This document shows positions 26,967 through 38,176 of a stretch of 64,000 nucleotides of DNA, piece by piece; position 1 is the stretch's first letter; every line of letters begins with the position of its first letter. The stretch is from an uncultured candidatus Porisulfidus sp. (GTDB taxonomy: Bacteria > Pseudomonadota > Gammaproteobacteria > Poriferisulfidales > Poriferisulfidaceae). Both the position numbers and the translations under genes were made by a program. Where the stretch lies: the NCBI GenBank assembly GCA_965204575.1, contig OZ241993.1:1696001-1760000 (forward strand), in the 5' to 3' direction. The notes under the pieces are model-generated. The model was not told the origin of the DNA. It saw only the letters and a program-made list of their open reading frames with translations, and made no database searches.

Positions 26967-29699
26967 TTAGCGTCGCGCGGCAGCTGAAAGGCGACGAAAC
27001 TCTGGAAAGTCGCTAAGAGCTGGGGCTACCGACAAGATTTGATCTAGTGCATCGGACAAGTCATCAGGAATAATGTCGTCTTCGGAAGTTCCTATAGTCG
27101 AATCAAGTAACCGCAAAAATGCCCTTGCTTTAGGCTCATCGTCAATGAGTACAAGTTTCTTTATCCCATTTTCATCGCCATAAAGATCGTAATCAATCAT
27201 TGACCAGCATCTAAATGGCACCAGAAAACGTTCAATTAAATCTACAGTCTCGGCAAAAGCAGTCTTGGAGGTGGCAGGCAAAACTGCTAACGCACGACTA
27301 ATATCTGGTGTAGTCAGAGAGCGTTCTTGTGGCCACACATTTTGGAGGAAAGGTTTCGCGGATAAACGAAACAGGTCTTCTGCCGACAACACAGTGCCAT
27401 TTTCGAGTTCCTTTCCAGAAAGATCCTGTATAAATCGCCGAATAGTATCAGCCGCTGCTACACGAGTTTCACTGTCAGAGGATCGGAGCATTTGTTGAAT
27501 GCGAGAGTTAGCGACCGCTGGTTCACCGCTTTCTCGTAAAGCATGTAGGGAATCGACAACGAGACTAAAAACGAGGCTTTCTCGCTCATCACGACCGAGT
27601 CGCTGATCAGTAACCTTGTTGACCATATCAGGGCCAATAATTTCTAAGACTTCGGCATATTGCCTCTGTCGTGCGACAGAGACCCAAAGAACTAGAGATT
27701 CTTCTCCATCTTCTTGAAGAGGAGAGATCAAATGCTTTTTTGTCCAAGCAAGGTCAGCACGAAAAAAATACGGTAAGTGCTCAATCAATCGGTATCTTGC
27801 AATCAAACCACTCTGGCCTTTAGCTTGTATTACTTTATTTCGCATTTGGCGCAACGCACTTCTGGGCGTAAAAGGATTCATGCTTTTCTTTAGTCTGGGA
27901 CATGCTGCTAGAAATACGCCAATGAGTCTTCCTGATGGTGTGTTAAGCGTATCAATATCTTTAACCTGTTGATTGTCTCCCTCAGAAACAGGCCAAACAT
28001 TCAAATTTATATCATCTTCTGGTTCACGCTCAGCGTTAGTCGCTTCAACAGCAATTGGCCAAATTCGCAACCAAACTGGTGTCCCTAAAGGCGACGCGAC
28101 AACTTGTCTATCCCAAGCACCCAACCAACTGCTAATACCTGCGATAGCGCTTGACAGAGTTGACTTAGACAGTTTTTTTAACAGTATGAGGACTCGTTCT
28201 GCTTCAATTATTGAGTCGCGCCGCAAAATCTTTTCTTCCACAGGCTGCTCAGGTCTGTGTCTCCAGCCAAAGCCACCCCACACATGCGGAAATTCATTCT
28301 TATCGCTCTGAATAGACTCTAGGTCCTCAAGAATAAGGGTTGCTTTCCCTGGTTGCTGCAACCAAGCATCTGCTGCCGCTGCAGAATCATTGTCCCAACT
28401 GTTCTGCTCACTCCCCAAAGCCTTTTCTAAAGCGTGGAGGCGTTGACCTCCTTGGAGAAAATCGTACTGATCATCGGGATGAGAAATTACCCTAGAGGCT
28501 TCAGGACATTCAGGGAAATCCTCTTCCAGAGTCATCCCAGAAAGATCAGGAAATTGCGTGATTTCTGCCTTCAGCCAAGTCTGCGCTTTATCTGACAACT
28601 TGCCCCCTGCCAACTCTATGCGCCTTAATTCCCGAAGAATCCAACGTAGGCGTATGTTTTCTATCCTCTCCAGACCTAATTCTTTTGCCCAATAGCGATG
28701 TGGTGGGCCTTTCCGGAGTCGGGTAATTATGGCTTTTTGTGTTTGATGGCTGAAGGCAGAATAACGTCGTGCTCGGAGTGCAGAAATTTCTGGATATTGC
28801 CTAGTATCCCAAAACTGATTTAGATCAAGTTCAGAAAAAAATGTTTCAACCTCCTCTGCTAGCGCCAAGGAAGGATCCAGTGCAGTAGCAGCCCATAACC
28901 GAGCATGGACGGGAGAACTACTGAAAAGCCAACGTTGGACAAATGGTCGTGCTGACGTGCTTCTCAATTTCGCGAGATGTACTACAACAGCATAAAGAAG
29001 CTTGACTACGGGGGCTATGCCGCGACTATAAGCATCAGGTTCAATTCTCTCGTAAAAGCCATGAGTTTGTTGTCCGTAGCCCGCCCAACGTAGTTGACCT
29101 AATCGAAAAGACCACTTCATGCCATCCCAGCCGATTCGGCGAGCGATGTTTAATCCACGGTTCATGGCAGCATCAAGTCCATCTGCCAAAGCAATCAAAA
29201 ACGAAATTTCTTCGATCTCTTCCAAGTCCAAGTAATTCAAAATAGTAAGTCTATTGCTCGTTAATCCCGCCCATAGTAAGTGGTCGAATGTCCTAGGGCG
29301 ATGAGGTTTTTTAATTTCCCCGTACAGCGAAGGTCCAACTGGCTTAACTTCTAGATATGGTTCAACAGAGTTCACAATTTGAGAGATGATCGCACCAGAT
29401 CTATCTCCATCTTCAAGTCGTTTTTGGATAATTGCCATTGATACGTCATCATCAACGAATTCATGAGACCAGCTTTCTTCAATTAATCGCCACGCACTTC
29501 TCCAAGGTTCGGCGATTTTGCGCCCGTCCATCCCATTTAATACACGAATGATTGCCATTCGCTCAACATGCTGGCTTGGGCTCAACTGTAATGCCCATTC
29601 GATTGCATCGGAATCAGTAAGTCGATTTTTCACAAAGGAAACAACCGTCCAAAATGTTGTTTGGTCTTTGCCCGTGAGAATAACTTGGTCAGAAATCAC
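26967..29699 (-). CDS. Dsr1-like helical C-terminal part, encoded as a separate ORF
   Basis: C-term PF.Q.VWPQERSL.TP..S..LA and L..ALDQI..AP.L...FRRL resemble Dsr1 C-termini from recall. GGAG plus GTG start at 29699 (alternative ATG 29717). Confidence 0.65.
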   Translation of the reverse strand: MISDQVILTGKDQTTFWTVVSFVKNRLTDSDAIEWALQLSPSQHVERMAIIRVLNGMDGRKIAEPWRSAWRLIEESWSHEFVDDDVSMAIIQKRLEDGDRSGAIISQIVNSVEPYLEVKPVGPSLYGEIKKPHRPRTFDHLLWAGLTSNRLTILNYLDLEEIEEISFLIALADGLDAAMNRGLNIARRIGWDGMKWSFRLGQLRWAGYGQQTHGFYERIEPDAYSRGIAPVVKLLYAVVVHLAKLRSTSARPFVQRWLFSSSPVHARLWAATALDPSLALAEEVETFFSELDLNQFWDTRQYPEISALRARRYSAFSHQTQKAIITRLRKGPPHRYWAKELGLERIENIRLRWILRELRRIELAGGKLSDKAQTWLKAEITQFPDLSGMTLEEDFPECPEASRVISHPDDQYDFLQGGQRLHALEKALGSEQNSWDNDSAAAADAWLQQPGKATLILEDLESIQSDKNEFPHVWGGFGWRHRPEQPVEEKILRRDSIIEAERVLILLKKLSKSTLSSAIAGISSWLGAWDRQVVASPLGTPVWLRIWPIAVEATNAEREPEDDINLNVWPVSEGDNQQVKDIDTLNTPSGRLIGVFLAACPRLKKSMNPFTPRSALRQMRNKVIQAKGQSGLIARYRLIEHLPYFFRADLAWTKKHLISPLQEDGEESLVLWVSVARQRQYAEVLEIIGPDMVNKVTDQRLGRDERESLVFSLVVDSLHALRESGEPAVANSRIQQMLRSSDSETRVAAADTIRRFIQDLSGKELENGTVLSAEDLFRLSAKPFLQNVWPQERSLTTPDISRALAVLPATSKTAFAETVDLIERFLVPFRCWSMIDYDLYGDENGIKKLVLIDDEPKARAFLRLLDSTIGTSEDDIIPDDLSDALDQILSVAPALSDFPEFRRLSAAARR

Positions 29700-30897
29700 T
29701 AGGTGTATCTCCCGCATTTTCTCTATTTACTCTCACAATGGCATCAAGCCATTCCATATCTGCTTTTACTTTAGATGCTATTTCTGATAAGTGGATACGT
29801 TCACTACTGTTACTCCTTCTGAAGAAGTGATCGAAAAGATCTCGATCTGTATCGGTAGCACTTCCTCGCGGGTTTTTAACAATTCGGCGAATTTCTTTTT
29901 CGACTGCATTTTCTTTTCCATTAATTACAGAAAGATTAGCCCATCGTTCAAAAACCTCATGTAGGACAACATGATCATCACCACTGTGGTAGTGAATTGG
30001 AGTGATTCCGCGAGATTTCCAGTCTTCCAATGCGACAGGGTCTCGTGTGCGTGCACCAAAAAAAGTGAATCGTTCCTTGAGGTCATCAAAGCGATGTCCA
30101 TCTGCAGCAACGGCATTGAGAAGGTATCTCATCGGCGGATCGTTTGCACTATAGCCAACCAACACTAAGCTAAACAAGCGGGCCGCATCGTAGATAAAAT
30201 CGGGAACAATACGTCGCCTTAGATAAAATTCACCAAAATCTTGATCCGAAAGGACAAGTTCAGAATGACGCTTGGGGTCCGTAGCCAGCGCCCCATGGAT
30301 GTGAAGTACTCCTGAAAAATCTATTCGTTTTGTTGGTCGTGGGATTTCCCCTAATGAATAAGTCTCGGGTGAAAGACGAAGGCGCCCACCTGCAGCCTCA
30401 AGCAAGCGATCAAAGTTGGTCGTAACAATCGTTACTGCATTGCCACGAACAGCAAGGCGCATAAGATTTCTATGAATATCCGAGTATTTCTTGCCTTTTG
30501 CACGCAGAATATCATTGACTTTCTGCCTTACTTGGCTATCTCCTTTTGCCCAATCGTCTAAACGGCGTTCAAGCATACCAAGTACAACATCGTAATCACC
30601 GGCAATATACCTTTTCACTTCGGCTGTTTGAAATTGATTAAGACTCGAACAATCCACTCCCCATTTATTGCATATTCCACGTGGCAAATCGACAAGAATC
30701 TGATGCACTGGTGAGTCAAGCTCCTGATACACACTCAACACAAGGTCTCGAAAATCAGGCAGACCTGCTGATTTTGAAATACCTGCACCACAAATAAACA
30801 GTACTTCTCCACGTCCGTGTGCTAGCAATAGACGCTCAGGAATCGGAGGGAGCCCTTCACCAAGGACAATTTCACGATCTTCCTTAATTTGAGTCAT
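29689..30897 (-). CDS. SIR2-family NADase, Dsr1-type N-terminal part
   Basis: IPERLL.AH..G.VLFICGAGIS, VTTNFD, LHIHG, DFG..YL and VGYS.NDP.MRY motifs. Confidence 0.85.
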   Translation of the reverse strand: MTQIKEDREIVLGEGLPPIPERLLLAHGRGEVLFICGAGISKSAGLPDFRDLVLSVYQELDSPVHQILVDLPRGICNKWGVDCSSLNQFQTAEVKRYIAGDYDVVLGMLERRLDDWAKGDSQVRQKVNDILRAKGKKYSDIHRNLMRLAVRGNAVTIVTTNFDRLLEAAGGRLRLSPETYSLGEIPRPTKRIDFSGVLHIHGALATDPKRHSELVLSDQDFGEFYLRRRIVPDFIYDAARLFSLVLVGYSANDPPMRYLLNAVAADGHRFDDLKERFTFFGARTRDPVALEDWKSRGITPIHYHSGDDHVVLHEVFERWANLSVINGKENAVEKEIRRIVKNPRGSATDTDRDLFDHFFRRSNSSERIHLSEIASKVKADMEWLDAIVRVNRENAGDTPSDF

Positions 30898-30965
30898 GTG
30901 TAAATAAGTTTCAATACGCCTGTGTCTACCCTCATTGATGAACAGTTCGAAATCCTGCAATGACT

Positions 30966-32822
30966 TCAAGTTTCCATTTGATATCCGGCAACCGACTTTC
31001 TAATCCCTTCCGTATCCAAGCCCACCGACGCCAACTGTTCCTCACGAGCCCCATGCTCCACATAGTGATCCGGCAGACCCAATTGCAACAACCGCACAGA
31101 ACTATTCAAATCCAAGGCCTCGCTCACCGCGCTGCCCGCCCCGCCTGCCACCACGTTGTCCTCGACCGTCACCAGCAGGCTGTGGGTCCCCGCCACTTCG
31201 TTCAGACACTCTATATCCAGAGGCTTGACGAAACGCATGTCGATCAGCGTCGCATCCAGTTCCTCCGCGACCGGGGCCACCTGATCCAACAAGCTGCCAA
31301 ACACCAGGAACGCGATCTCCCTCCCTTCGCGAACCTTCCGCGCCTTGCCGATCGGGATCGGCTCCAAAGTCTTCTCAACCTCGATCCCCGGTCCCTTGCC
31401 ACGCGGATAACGCACCGCCGCCGGACCTTCGTGCAGATATCCGGTCGTCAGCATCTTCCGGCATTCGTTTTCATCGGACGGCGCCATAATCACCACGCCC
31501 GGCAAACAACGCAAGTAGGACAGGTCGAAAGCACCGACATGGGTCTTCCCATCGTTCCCGACCATCCCGGCCCGGTCGATGGCAAGCAGCACGTCCAGTT
31601 CCTGAACCACGATGTCATGGACCAACTGGTCGTATCCGCGCTGCAGGAATGTCGAGTAGATGGCCACCACCGGCTTCGCGCCCGCACAGGCCATGCCCGC
31701 GCCCACGGTAACCGAATGCTGCTCAGCGATCCCGACATCGAAATAACGGTCCGGATGCTCTTTCTCAAAGCGAACCAAGCCACTGCCCTCCCGCATCGCC
31801 GGAGTGACCGCCATCAATCGGGGGTCCGCGGCGGCCTGGTCACACAGCCACTCGCCGAACACCTGCGTATACGTCGGCCCTCCGCTTGATCCTTTCTTCT
31901 CCACGCCGATTTCCGGATCGAAGGTCGGCACCGCGTGGTAGCCCACGGGGTCTCCTTCTGCCGGCTCGTAGCCCATTCCTTTCTGGGTGATGACGTGCAA
32001 CAGGCGCGGGCCAGTCTGGTCGCGCATCTGTTCTATGACATCCAGCAGTCCCAACACGTCATGGCCACCAACCGGCCCGAAATACTGCACGCCCAGTTCC
32101 TCGAACAACATGCCCGCCGGCAAAATCATTCCCTTGAGCTGCCCTTCCACCCTCATCGCGAACTTTTTCACCCTTGGCACCGAACTCAGCATGCGTTGGC
32201 CGGTTTCCCGCACCGAGGCGTACAGGCTCCCTGCCAGCAGGCGGGTCAGGTAACGGGACATGGCGCCCACATTCGGGGAAATCGACATCTCGTTGTCGTT
32301 GAGGATCACCAGCACGTCTGCCTCGGAAACCCCCAGGTGGTTGAGCGCTTCGTAGGCCAGGCCGGCCGTCAGCCCGCCGTCCCCGATCACGGCCACCGAC
32401 TTGCACGGTTTCCCCGCATTGCGGCTGGCCAATGCCATGCCCAGGGCCGCACTGATCGAGGTGCTGGAGTGCCCCACCCCGAAACTGTCGTAAGGGCTCT
32501 CATGCCGTTCCGGGAACGGCGCCAGGCCCCCCCAGCGGCGAATCGTCTCCAACTGGTCGCGACGCCCCGTCAGGATCTTGTGGCCATAGCTCTGATGCCC
32601 CACGTCCCAGACCAGCCAGTCTTCCGGCGTGTTGAACGCGTAGTGCAGGGCCACGGTCAATTCGATCGCGCCGAGGCTGGCCCCGAAGTGCCCCCCGCAG
32701 CGGGCCACGCCCTGAATCAGGAATTCGCGAAGTTCGTCTGCAACCGCAGGGAGATTCTCGCGGTCCAGCGCGCGTAAATCAGCCGGGCTTTCGATCTTCG
32801 ATAGGAAAGGGAAATCGTCCAC
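30966..32822 (-). CDS. dxs: 1-deoxy-D-xylulose-5-phosphate synthase
   Basis: [46 protein letters not shown]. Confidence 0.97.
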   Translation of the reverse strand: MDDFPFLSKIESPADLRALDRENLPAVADELREFLIQGVARCGGHFGASLGAIELTVALHYAFNTPEDWLVWDVGHQSYGHKILTGRRDQLETIRRWGGLAPFPERHESPYDSFGVGHSSTSISAALGMALASRNAGKPCKSVAVIGDGGLTAGLAYEALNHLGVSEADVLVILNDNEMSISPNVGAMSRYLTRLLAGSLYASVRETGQRMLSSVPRVKKFAMRVEGQLKGMILPAGMLFEELGVQYFGPVGGHDVLGLLDVIEQMRDQTGPRLLHVITQKGMGYEPAEGDPVGYHAVPTFDPEIGVEKKGSSGGPTYTQVFGEWLCDQAAADPRLMAVTPAMREGSGLVRFEKEHPDRYFDVGIAEQHSVTVGAGMACAGAKPVVAIYSTFLQRGYDQLVHDIVVQELDVLLAIDRAGMVGNDGKTHVGAFDLSYLRCLPGVVIMAPSDENECRKMLTTGYLHEGPAAVRYPRGKGPGIEVEKTLEPIPIGKARKVREGREIAFLVFGSLLDQVAPVAEELDATLIDMRFVKPLDIECLNEVAGTHSLLVTVEDNVVAGGAGSAVSEALDLNSSVRLLQLGLPDHYVEHGAREEQLASVGLDTEGIRKSVAGYQMET

Positions 32823-32824
32823 AA

Positions 32825-33097
32825 TCAGCCATCCTTGTCCTCGTCGTCATCCCCCATGAGGCCCATGGGTTGCGCGGCCGTCTCACCGCCTTCCTGTTCC
32901 ACAATCTTGTCGACCCTCTGCTGCGCCTGGTCCAGGCGCTCGCGCAAGGTGCGCACCAAGGCAACGCCATGCTCGAAATCCTGCAGCGATTCTTCCAGCG
33001 AAACCTCACCGCTCTCCAGCCGTTCGACCAGATCCTCAAGTTGCTTGAGGGACTCCTCGAATGGAAAGACCTGCGGGTCGCTTGATTGATTCTTCAT
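32825..33097 (-). CDS. xseB: Exodeoxyribonuclease VII small subunit
   Basis: FEESL..LE.LV..LESG..SLEESL..FE.G motif. Confidence 0.93.
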   Translation of the reverse strand: MKNQSSDPQVFPFEESLKQLEDLVERLESGEVSLEESLQDFEHGVALVRTLRERLDQAQQRVDKIVEQEGGETAAQPMGLMGDDDEDKDG

Positions 33098-33156
33098 GCC
33101 TCGCCGCCATGAAATTGGGCTGCAGTTAGTTTATCATCGGGCGTGCGCCCGTTACA

Positions 33157-34125
33157 ATGGAAAAACAGAAATTGAATCCAGTCATGTCCAGGAAACCCGG
33201 CCCGAGCATCTACGCACTCGACGACTGGACCGTCCTCGCCGTCGGCGGCGCCGATGCCTCCGACTTCCTGCACGGCCAGTTCACCAACGACCTCCTGGCC
33301 TTGCCCGACAACCGGGCCCAGCTGTCCGCCTATTGCATGCCCAAGGGACAGATGATTGCCAACTTCCTGGTCTGGCGTACAAGCGGGAACCAGTACCGGA
33401 TCGCGCTTCCTTCGGGCCTCGACGAAGCCGTGCTGCAACGTTTGCAGTTGTTCAAGCTGCGCTCCAACGTCGAAATCGAATCTCTGGCGGAATCCTTTTC
33501 CCTGTTCGGCGTCACCGGATCCTACCTCGAGGACAACCCCGAATCCCCCGTTGAATTGCCCCGACCCCCCCTCGGCAAAATGGAGACCGACCCATACACC
33601 GCCATTGCCTGGCCCGGGCAACGCGCCCGATGGCTGGTGGTCAGCCCCCAGGATGCGACATCCACCCTGTGGGGGGGCGGCAAGGCTCCCGGTTCGGGCT
33701 CCGACCTGTGGCGTCTCTGGGATATCGAAGACGGGATTGCGTTCGTCCGCGCCGAGAACCGCGAGCAGTTCATCCCACAGCACCTGAACCTGGACCTGGT
33801 CGATGCGATCAGTTTCAGCAAGGGATGCTACCCCGGCCAGGAAGTCGTCGCGCGCATGAAATACCGTGGCCAGGTCAAGTTCCGCACCTACCGCCTGAGC
33901 GGCAACTGCGACGAGACCCCGGTCCCGGGTGACCCCATCCATCTGAGCGAGGATCCCGATGCCCGCCCCTGCGGGCGGGTGGTCGACGCGTGCGTCCCGC
34001 CCGACGGCGGACCGTGCCAGATGCTGGCCTCCGTCCGCGCAGCGGACGCCAGCCAGCCGCTTCGTGCGCAACGCCCGGACGGCCCCTCGCTGGAACCGCT
34101 CCCGCTCCCCTACCAGCTGACCTGA
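33157..34125 (+). CDS. ygfZ: Folate-binding Fe-S repair protein YgfZ
   Basis: DFLHGQFTND and KGCYPGQEVVAR signature. Confidence 0.93.
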   Translation: MEKQKLNPVMSRKPGPSIYALDDWTVLAVGGADASDFLHGQFTNDLLALPDNRAQLSAYCMPKGQMIANFLVWRTSGNQYRIALPSGLDEAVLQRLQLFKLRSNVEIESLAESFSLFGVTGSYLEDNPESPVELPRPPLGKMETDPYTAIAWPGQRARWLVVSPQDATSTLWGGGKAPGSGSDLWRLWDIEDGIAFVRAENREQFIPQHLNLDLVDAISFSKGCYPGQEVVARMKYRGQVKFRTYRLSGNCDETPVPGDPIHLSEDPDARPCGRVVDACVPPDGGPCQMLASVRAADASQPLRAQRPDGPSLEPLPLPYQLT

Positions 34126-34135
34126 GGCGATTGAC

Positions 34136-34291
34136 ATGTCCCGGATGATGCTGATCCTGTACGTGGCGATCCTGCTGCTGATCGGCGGCTACATCCTGTT
34201 CAACCGCCAGCGCGACATCGGCATGCTTCTCTACATCCTCGGCGCGATCGCCGCCGGGCTGGCGATCATCGGTTTCCTGGAAATTATCTAG
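34136..34291 (+). CDS. 51-aa two-TM membrane protein (not in ORF track)
   Basis: MSRMMLILYVAILLLIGGYILFNRQRDIGMLLYILGAIAAGLAIIGFLEII. GAGG upstream, high GC3, fills the ygfZ-lysS gap. Confidence 0.7.
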   Translation: MSRMMLILYVAILLLIGGYILFNRQRDIGMLLYILGAIAAGLAIIGFLEII

Positions 34292-34297
34292 TTCGGA

Positions 34298-35794
34298 TCA
34301 GCCCGCTTCCGGGCGCATGTGCGGGAACAGCAGCACGTCGCGGATCGACGGCGCATCGCAGAAAAACATCACCAGCCGGTCGATGCCGATGCCAATCCCG
34401 GCCGTCGGCGGCATGCCGTATTCCAGGGCACGGATATAGTCGGCGTCGTAGTGCATCGCCTCCGGGTCGCCCGCATCCCGCCTCTCCACCTGCTCCCGGA
34501 ACCGCTCCGCCTGATCCTGCGGATCATTCAGCTCGGAAAATCCGTTCGCGATCTCCCGCCCGGCCACGAACAATTCAAAGCGGTCCACGAAATCAGGGTT
34601 ATGGTCGCAACGCCGCGCCAGCGGCGAGACTTCGAGCGGATACTCGGTCACAAACGTCGGCTGCTCCAGCTTCTCCTCCACCGACGACTCGAAAAGGTCG
34701 AACAGCAGCCCTCCCTCGCCCCGGTTTTTATCGACCTCTACGCCACTGTCCCGGCACAATCCGGCCAGTAGTTCCCGGTTGGACAGGTCGGACCGATCCA
34801 GGCTCGGATGATGCGCCAGCACCGCGTCGGTCAGCGTGGTGCGCTGGAAAGGCTGCTCCAGGTCGTATTCCCGGCCCTGGTAGGACACGGTCGTGCTGCC
34901 CAGCACGGACTGCGCCATCTCCCGCATCAATGCTTCCGCGAGGTTCATCAGGTCTTGGTAATCGGCGAACGCCTGGTACAACTCCATCATGGTGAATTCC
35001 GGGTTGTGCCGCGACGACACCCCTTCGTTGCGGAAGCTGCGGTTGATTTCGAACACCTTCTCGAACCCCCCCACCACCAGGCGCTTGAGGTACAACTCGG
35101 GCGCGACGCGCAGGTACAGGTCCTGGTGCAACACGTTGTGGTGCGTCACGAAGGGACGCGCCGTCGCGCCGCCTGCGATCGAATGCATCATGGGGGTCTC
35201 GACTTCCAGAAATTCGCGCTGCTCCAGTTGCTGCCGCAGGCAGTTGAGCAACTGGCTGCGTTTCTGGAACACGCCCCGGGCCTCGCTGTTCATGATCAGG
35301 TCCACGTGACGCTGCCGGTAACGCTGTTCGATATCCGTCAATCCGTGGTATTTCTCCGGCAACGGCCGCAGGGACTTACTCAGCAGCCGCACTTCCTGCA
35401 CGTCCACCGACAGCTCCCCGGTCTTGGTCTTCATCAGGACGCCCTGCGCCCCGACGATGTCGCCGATGTCCCAAGTCTTGAAGTCCGCGTAGTCCGATTC
35501 GCCCAGCCCGTCGCGGCGCACCAGCAACTGAATTCGCCCCGTCCGGTCCTGCACATGCGCGAACGCGGACTTGCCCATCACGCGCTGGCTCATCAACCGT
35601 CCCCCCAGGGCCACGCTCACCTGGCCGCCGGTCAACTCCTCCGCCGTCTGCTCCGCATGCGCCTCCTGCAACTCCTGCGCCGCATGCGTGGGCCGGAAAT
35701 CATTCGGATACGCCCAGCCGGACGTCCGCAGTTCCTGCAGCTTCTCCTGACGCTGCGCGAGCAGGCGCTCTTCGCCGGTTTTCGCCTTGGCCAT
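34298..35794 (-). CDS. lysS: Lysine--tRNA ligase
   Basis: RYRQR.VDL, FRNEG..RHNPEF and GMPPTAG.GIGIDRL motifs. Confidence 0.98.
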   Translation of the reverse strand: MAKAKTGEERLLAQRQEKLQELRTSGWAYPNDFRPTHAAQELQEAHAEQTAEELTGGQVSVALGGRLMSQRVMGKSAFAHVQDRTGRIQLLVRRDGLGESDYADFKTWDIGDIVGAQGVLMKTKTGELSVDVQEVRLLSKSLRPLPEKYHGLTDIEQRYRQRHVDLIMNSEARGVFQKRSQLLNCLRQQLEQREFLEVETPMMHSIAGGATARPFVTHHNVLHQDLYLRVAPELYLKRLVVGGFEKVFEINRSFRNEGVSSRHNPEFTMMELYQAFADYQDLMNLAEALMREMAQSVLGSTTVSYQGREYDLEQPFQRTTLTDAVLAHHPSLDRSDLSNRELLAGLCRDSGVEVDKNRGEGGLLFDLFESSVEEKLEQPTFVTEYPLEVSPLARRCDHNPDFVDRFELFVAGREIANGFSELNDPQDQAERFREQVERRDAGDPEAMHYDADYIRALEYGMPPTAGIGIGIDRLVMFFCDAPSIRDVLLFPHMRPEAG

Positions 35795-36889
35795 TACAAC
35801 CCCGCCTTGAGACTGGCTTCCAGGAAAGCGTCGAGGTCGCCATCCAATACGACCTGCGGCGTGCCGGTCTCGACCTGGGTGCGCAGGTCCTTGATTCGCG
35901 ACTGGTCCAGCACGTAGGAACGGATCTGGCTGCCCCAGCCGATATCGGCCTTCTCTCCGGCACTCTGCTGCTCGGCTTCACGCCGCTTCTGCTCTTCCAG
36001 CTGGTAGAGCTTGGCCCGCAACTGCCGCATCGCCATCTCCTTGTTCTTGTGCTGTGAGCGACTATTCTGACATTGTGTGACCACGCCGCTCGGAAGATGC
36101 GTGAGCCGCACCGCCGATTCGGTCTTGTTGACGTGCTGCCCACCGGCCCCGCTGGCCCGGTACACGTCGACCCTCAGGTCGCTCGGGTCGATTTCGATTT
36201 CGATCTCGTCGCTGACCACCGGCGAGACCACCACCGCCGCGAACGAGGTATGCCGGCGGTTGCCGGAATCGAACGGCGACTTGCGCACCAAGCGATGCAC
36301 GCCGGTCTCCGTGCGCAGCCAGCCGTAGCAATAGTCGCCGGTGTACTTGATGGTCGCACTCTTGATTCCCGCCACTTCGCCCGCCGAGGCGGCGATCAAC
36401 TCAGTCCCGTAGCCGCGCTTCTCCCCCCAGCGCAGGTACATGCGCAACAGCATCTCGGCCCAGTCCTGCGCCTCGGTGCCGCCGGAACCGGCCTGGATGT
36501 CAAGAAAAGCGTCGCCGGCGTCGAACCGCCCGGAAAACATGCGCTGGAACTCGAGGTCATGCACCCGTTTCGCACAGCCCCGGATATCCGACGCCAAGGC
36601 CGCCATTGTGTCCTCGTCCTGCTCCTCCAGGGCGAGGTCCAGCAACTCCCCGCTGTCGCGCAGGGAGTCTCCGAGATCGTCGAGCGTCAGCACGACAAAC
36701 TCCAGGCGGGCACGCGCCTGGCCCAGTTCGCGCGCCTGGTCCGGATCCTTCCAGATTTCGGGGTTTTCCAGTTGCTGCTTTATTTCGTCCAGCTGGCGGC
36801 GTTTGCCGTCGAGGTCAAAGATACCCCCTAAGCGCATCCACCCGCTGTGTCAGGTCACGCAACTGTTCCGGCAGAGAGAGTTCTTCCAT
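35794..36889 (-). CDS. prfB: Peptide chain release factor 2 (programmed +1 frameshift)
   Basis: ATG 36889 MEELSL...ALRGYL, then CTT TGA C. The +1 frame carries SPF and GGQ. Confidence 0.97.
36814..36829 (-). promoter_or_regulatory. RF2 frameshift signal
   Basis: AGGGGG-TAT-CTTTGAC: internal SD plus the slippery CTT-TGA. Confidence 0.95.
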
Positions 36890-36913
36890 AGTCAGGGCCT
36901 CGCAGGCCGCGGA

Positions 36914-38176
36914 TTATACGCGGATTTGTCCGTCGCCGTAGACTACGAACTTCTGGCTGGTCAGCCCTTCCAGTCCGACCGGCCCGCGAGCGTGCAACTT
37001 GTCCGTGCTGATCCCGATCTCCGCACCCAGTCCGTACTCGAATCCGTCCGCGAACCGGGTCGAGGCATTCAGCATCACGGAGCTGGAATCCACCTCGCGC
37101 ATGAACCGCTTCGCCCGCTCCTCGTCCTCAGTGACAATGGCATCGGTATGGTGCGAACCGTATTTCGCGATGTGATCCATCGCTTCGTCGAGGCCTGCGA
37201 CCACCCGCACCGACAGAATCGGCGACAGGTACTCCTCGGCCCAGTCCTCCTCGGCCGCCGGGACGGCCTGCTCCAGCAAATCGCAAGTACGGGGACAGCC
37301 CCGAATCTCCACCCCATGCTCAGCGTAGGCGTCGCCCAGGGTCGGCAGCAATTCTTCGGCACGGGACTCCGCGACCAGCAGGGTTTCCATTGCATTGCAG
37401 ACGCCGTAGCGCTGGGTCTTGGCGTTCACGGCAATGCGGATCGCCTGGTCCCGGTCTGCGGCATCGTCGATGTACACGTGGCATACGCCATGCAGATGCT
37501 TGAGGATCGGAATATGGGTATTGTCGTGAACCCGTTTGATCAGGTCCGTCCCGCCCCGGGGGATGATCAGATCCACCCATTCGTCCATCTTGAGCAGCGC
37601 GTCGATCGCGGCCCGGTCCGTGGTCGGCAGCAACTGCGCGCCTTCCGGAGGCAGCGAAGCCTGGCGCAGGCCTTCCTGCAGGCACTCTACCAGCGCCTGG
37701 CTAGAACGGTACGACTCGGAGCCGCCGCGCAAAATGACCGCATTGCCAGACTTGATGCACAATCCGCCCGCTTCCACTGTCACGCCGGGACGGGCCTCGT
37801 AAATCATGCCGATGACCCCGATCGGCACCCGCATCCGCCCGACCTTCAGGCCATTGGACCGATCCTGCATGTCCGAGATCCGGCCCAAGAGGTCCGGCAA
37901 CTCGGCAATATGCTCCAGTTCCACCGCCAGCCCCTCAATCCGCGATTCATCCAGTGCCAGGCGGTCGATGAACGCATCGTCCCGATGCGGCCTCGCGGCT
38001 TCCACGTCTTCCGTGTTGGCTTCAATGATCGCGCCCGCACGCTCCCGGATCAGGCCGGCCGTGGTTCGCATGACCTGGTTGCGCGCCTCCGTGCTGGAAG
38101 CCGCAACGACCCGCCCGGCCGCTCGCGCGGCCTGACCCAGTCCGGCAATCCGGGCGTCCAGATTTTCCTCAGGCAT
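36914..38176 (-). CDS. proA: Gamma-glutamyl phosphate reductase
   Basis: IYEARP, GVCNAMETLL, NASTRFADG and HARGPVGL motifs. Confidence 0.97.
   Translation of the reverse strand: MPEENLDARIAGLGQAARAAGRVVAASSTEARNQVMRTTAGLIRERAGAIIEANTEDVEAARPHRDDAFIDRLALDESRIEGLAVELEHIAELPDLLGRISDMQDRSNGLKVGRMRVPIGVIGMIYEARPGVTVEAGGLCIKSGNAVILRGGSESYRSSQALVECLQEGLRQASLPPEGAQLLPTTDRAAIDALLKMDEWVDLIIPRGGTDLIKRVHDNTHIPILKHLHGVCHVYIDDAADRDQAIRIAVNAKTQRYGVCNAMETLLVAESRAEELLPTLGDAYAEHGVEIRGCPRTCDLLEQAVPAAEEDWAEEYLSPILSVRVVAGLDEAMDHIAKYGSHHTDAIVTEDEERAKRFMREVDSSSVMLNASTRFADGFEYGLGAEIGISTDKLHARGPVGLEGLTSQKFVVYGDGQIRV

Noticed and set aside
29685-29720. Programmed +1 frameshift at TTC-TGA-C joining the two Dsr1 halves
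   Set aside because: tRNA-Phe would have to re-pair from UUC to UCU, which is poor. The GGAG spacing fits initiation at GTG 29699 rather than an RF2-type shift.
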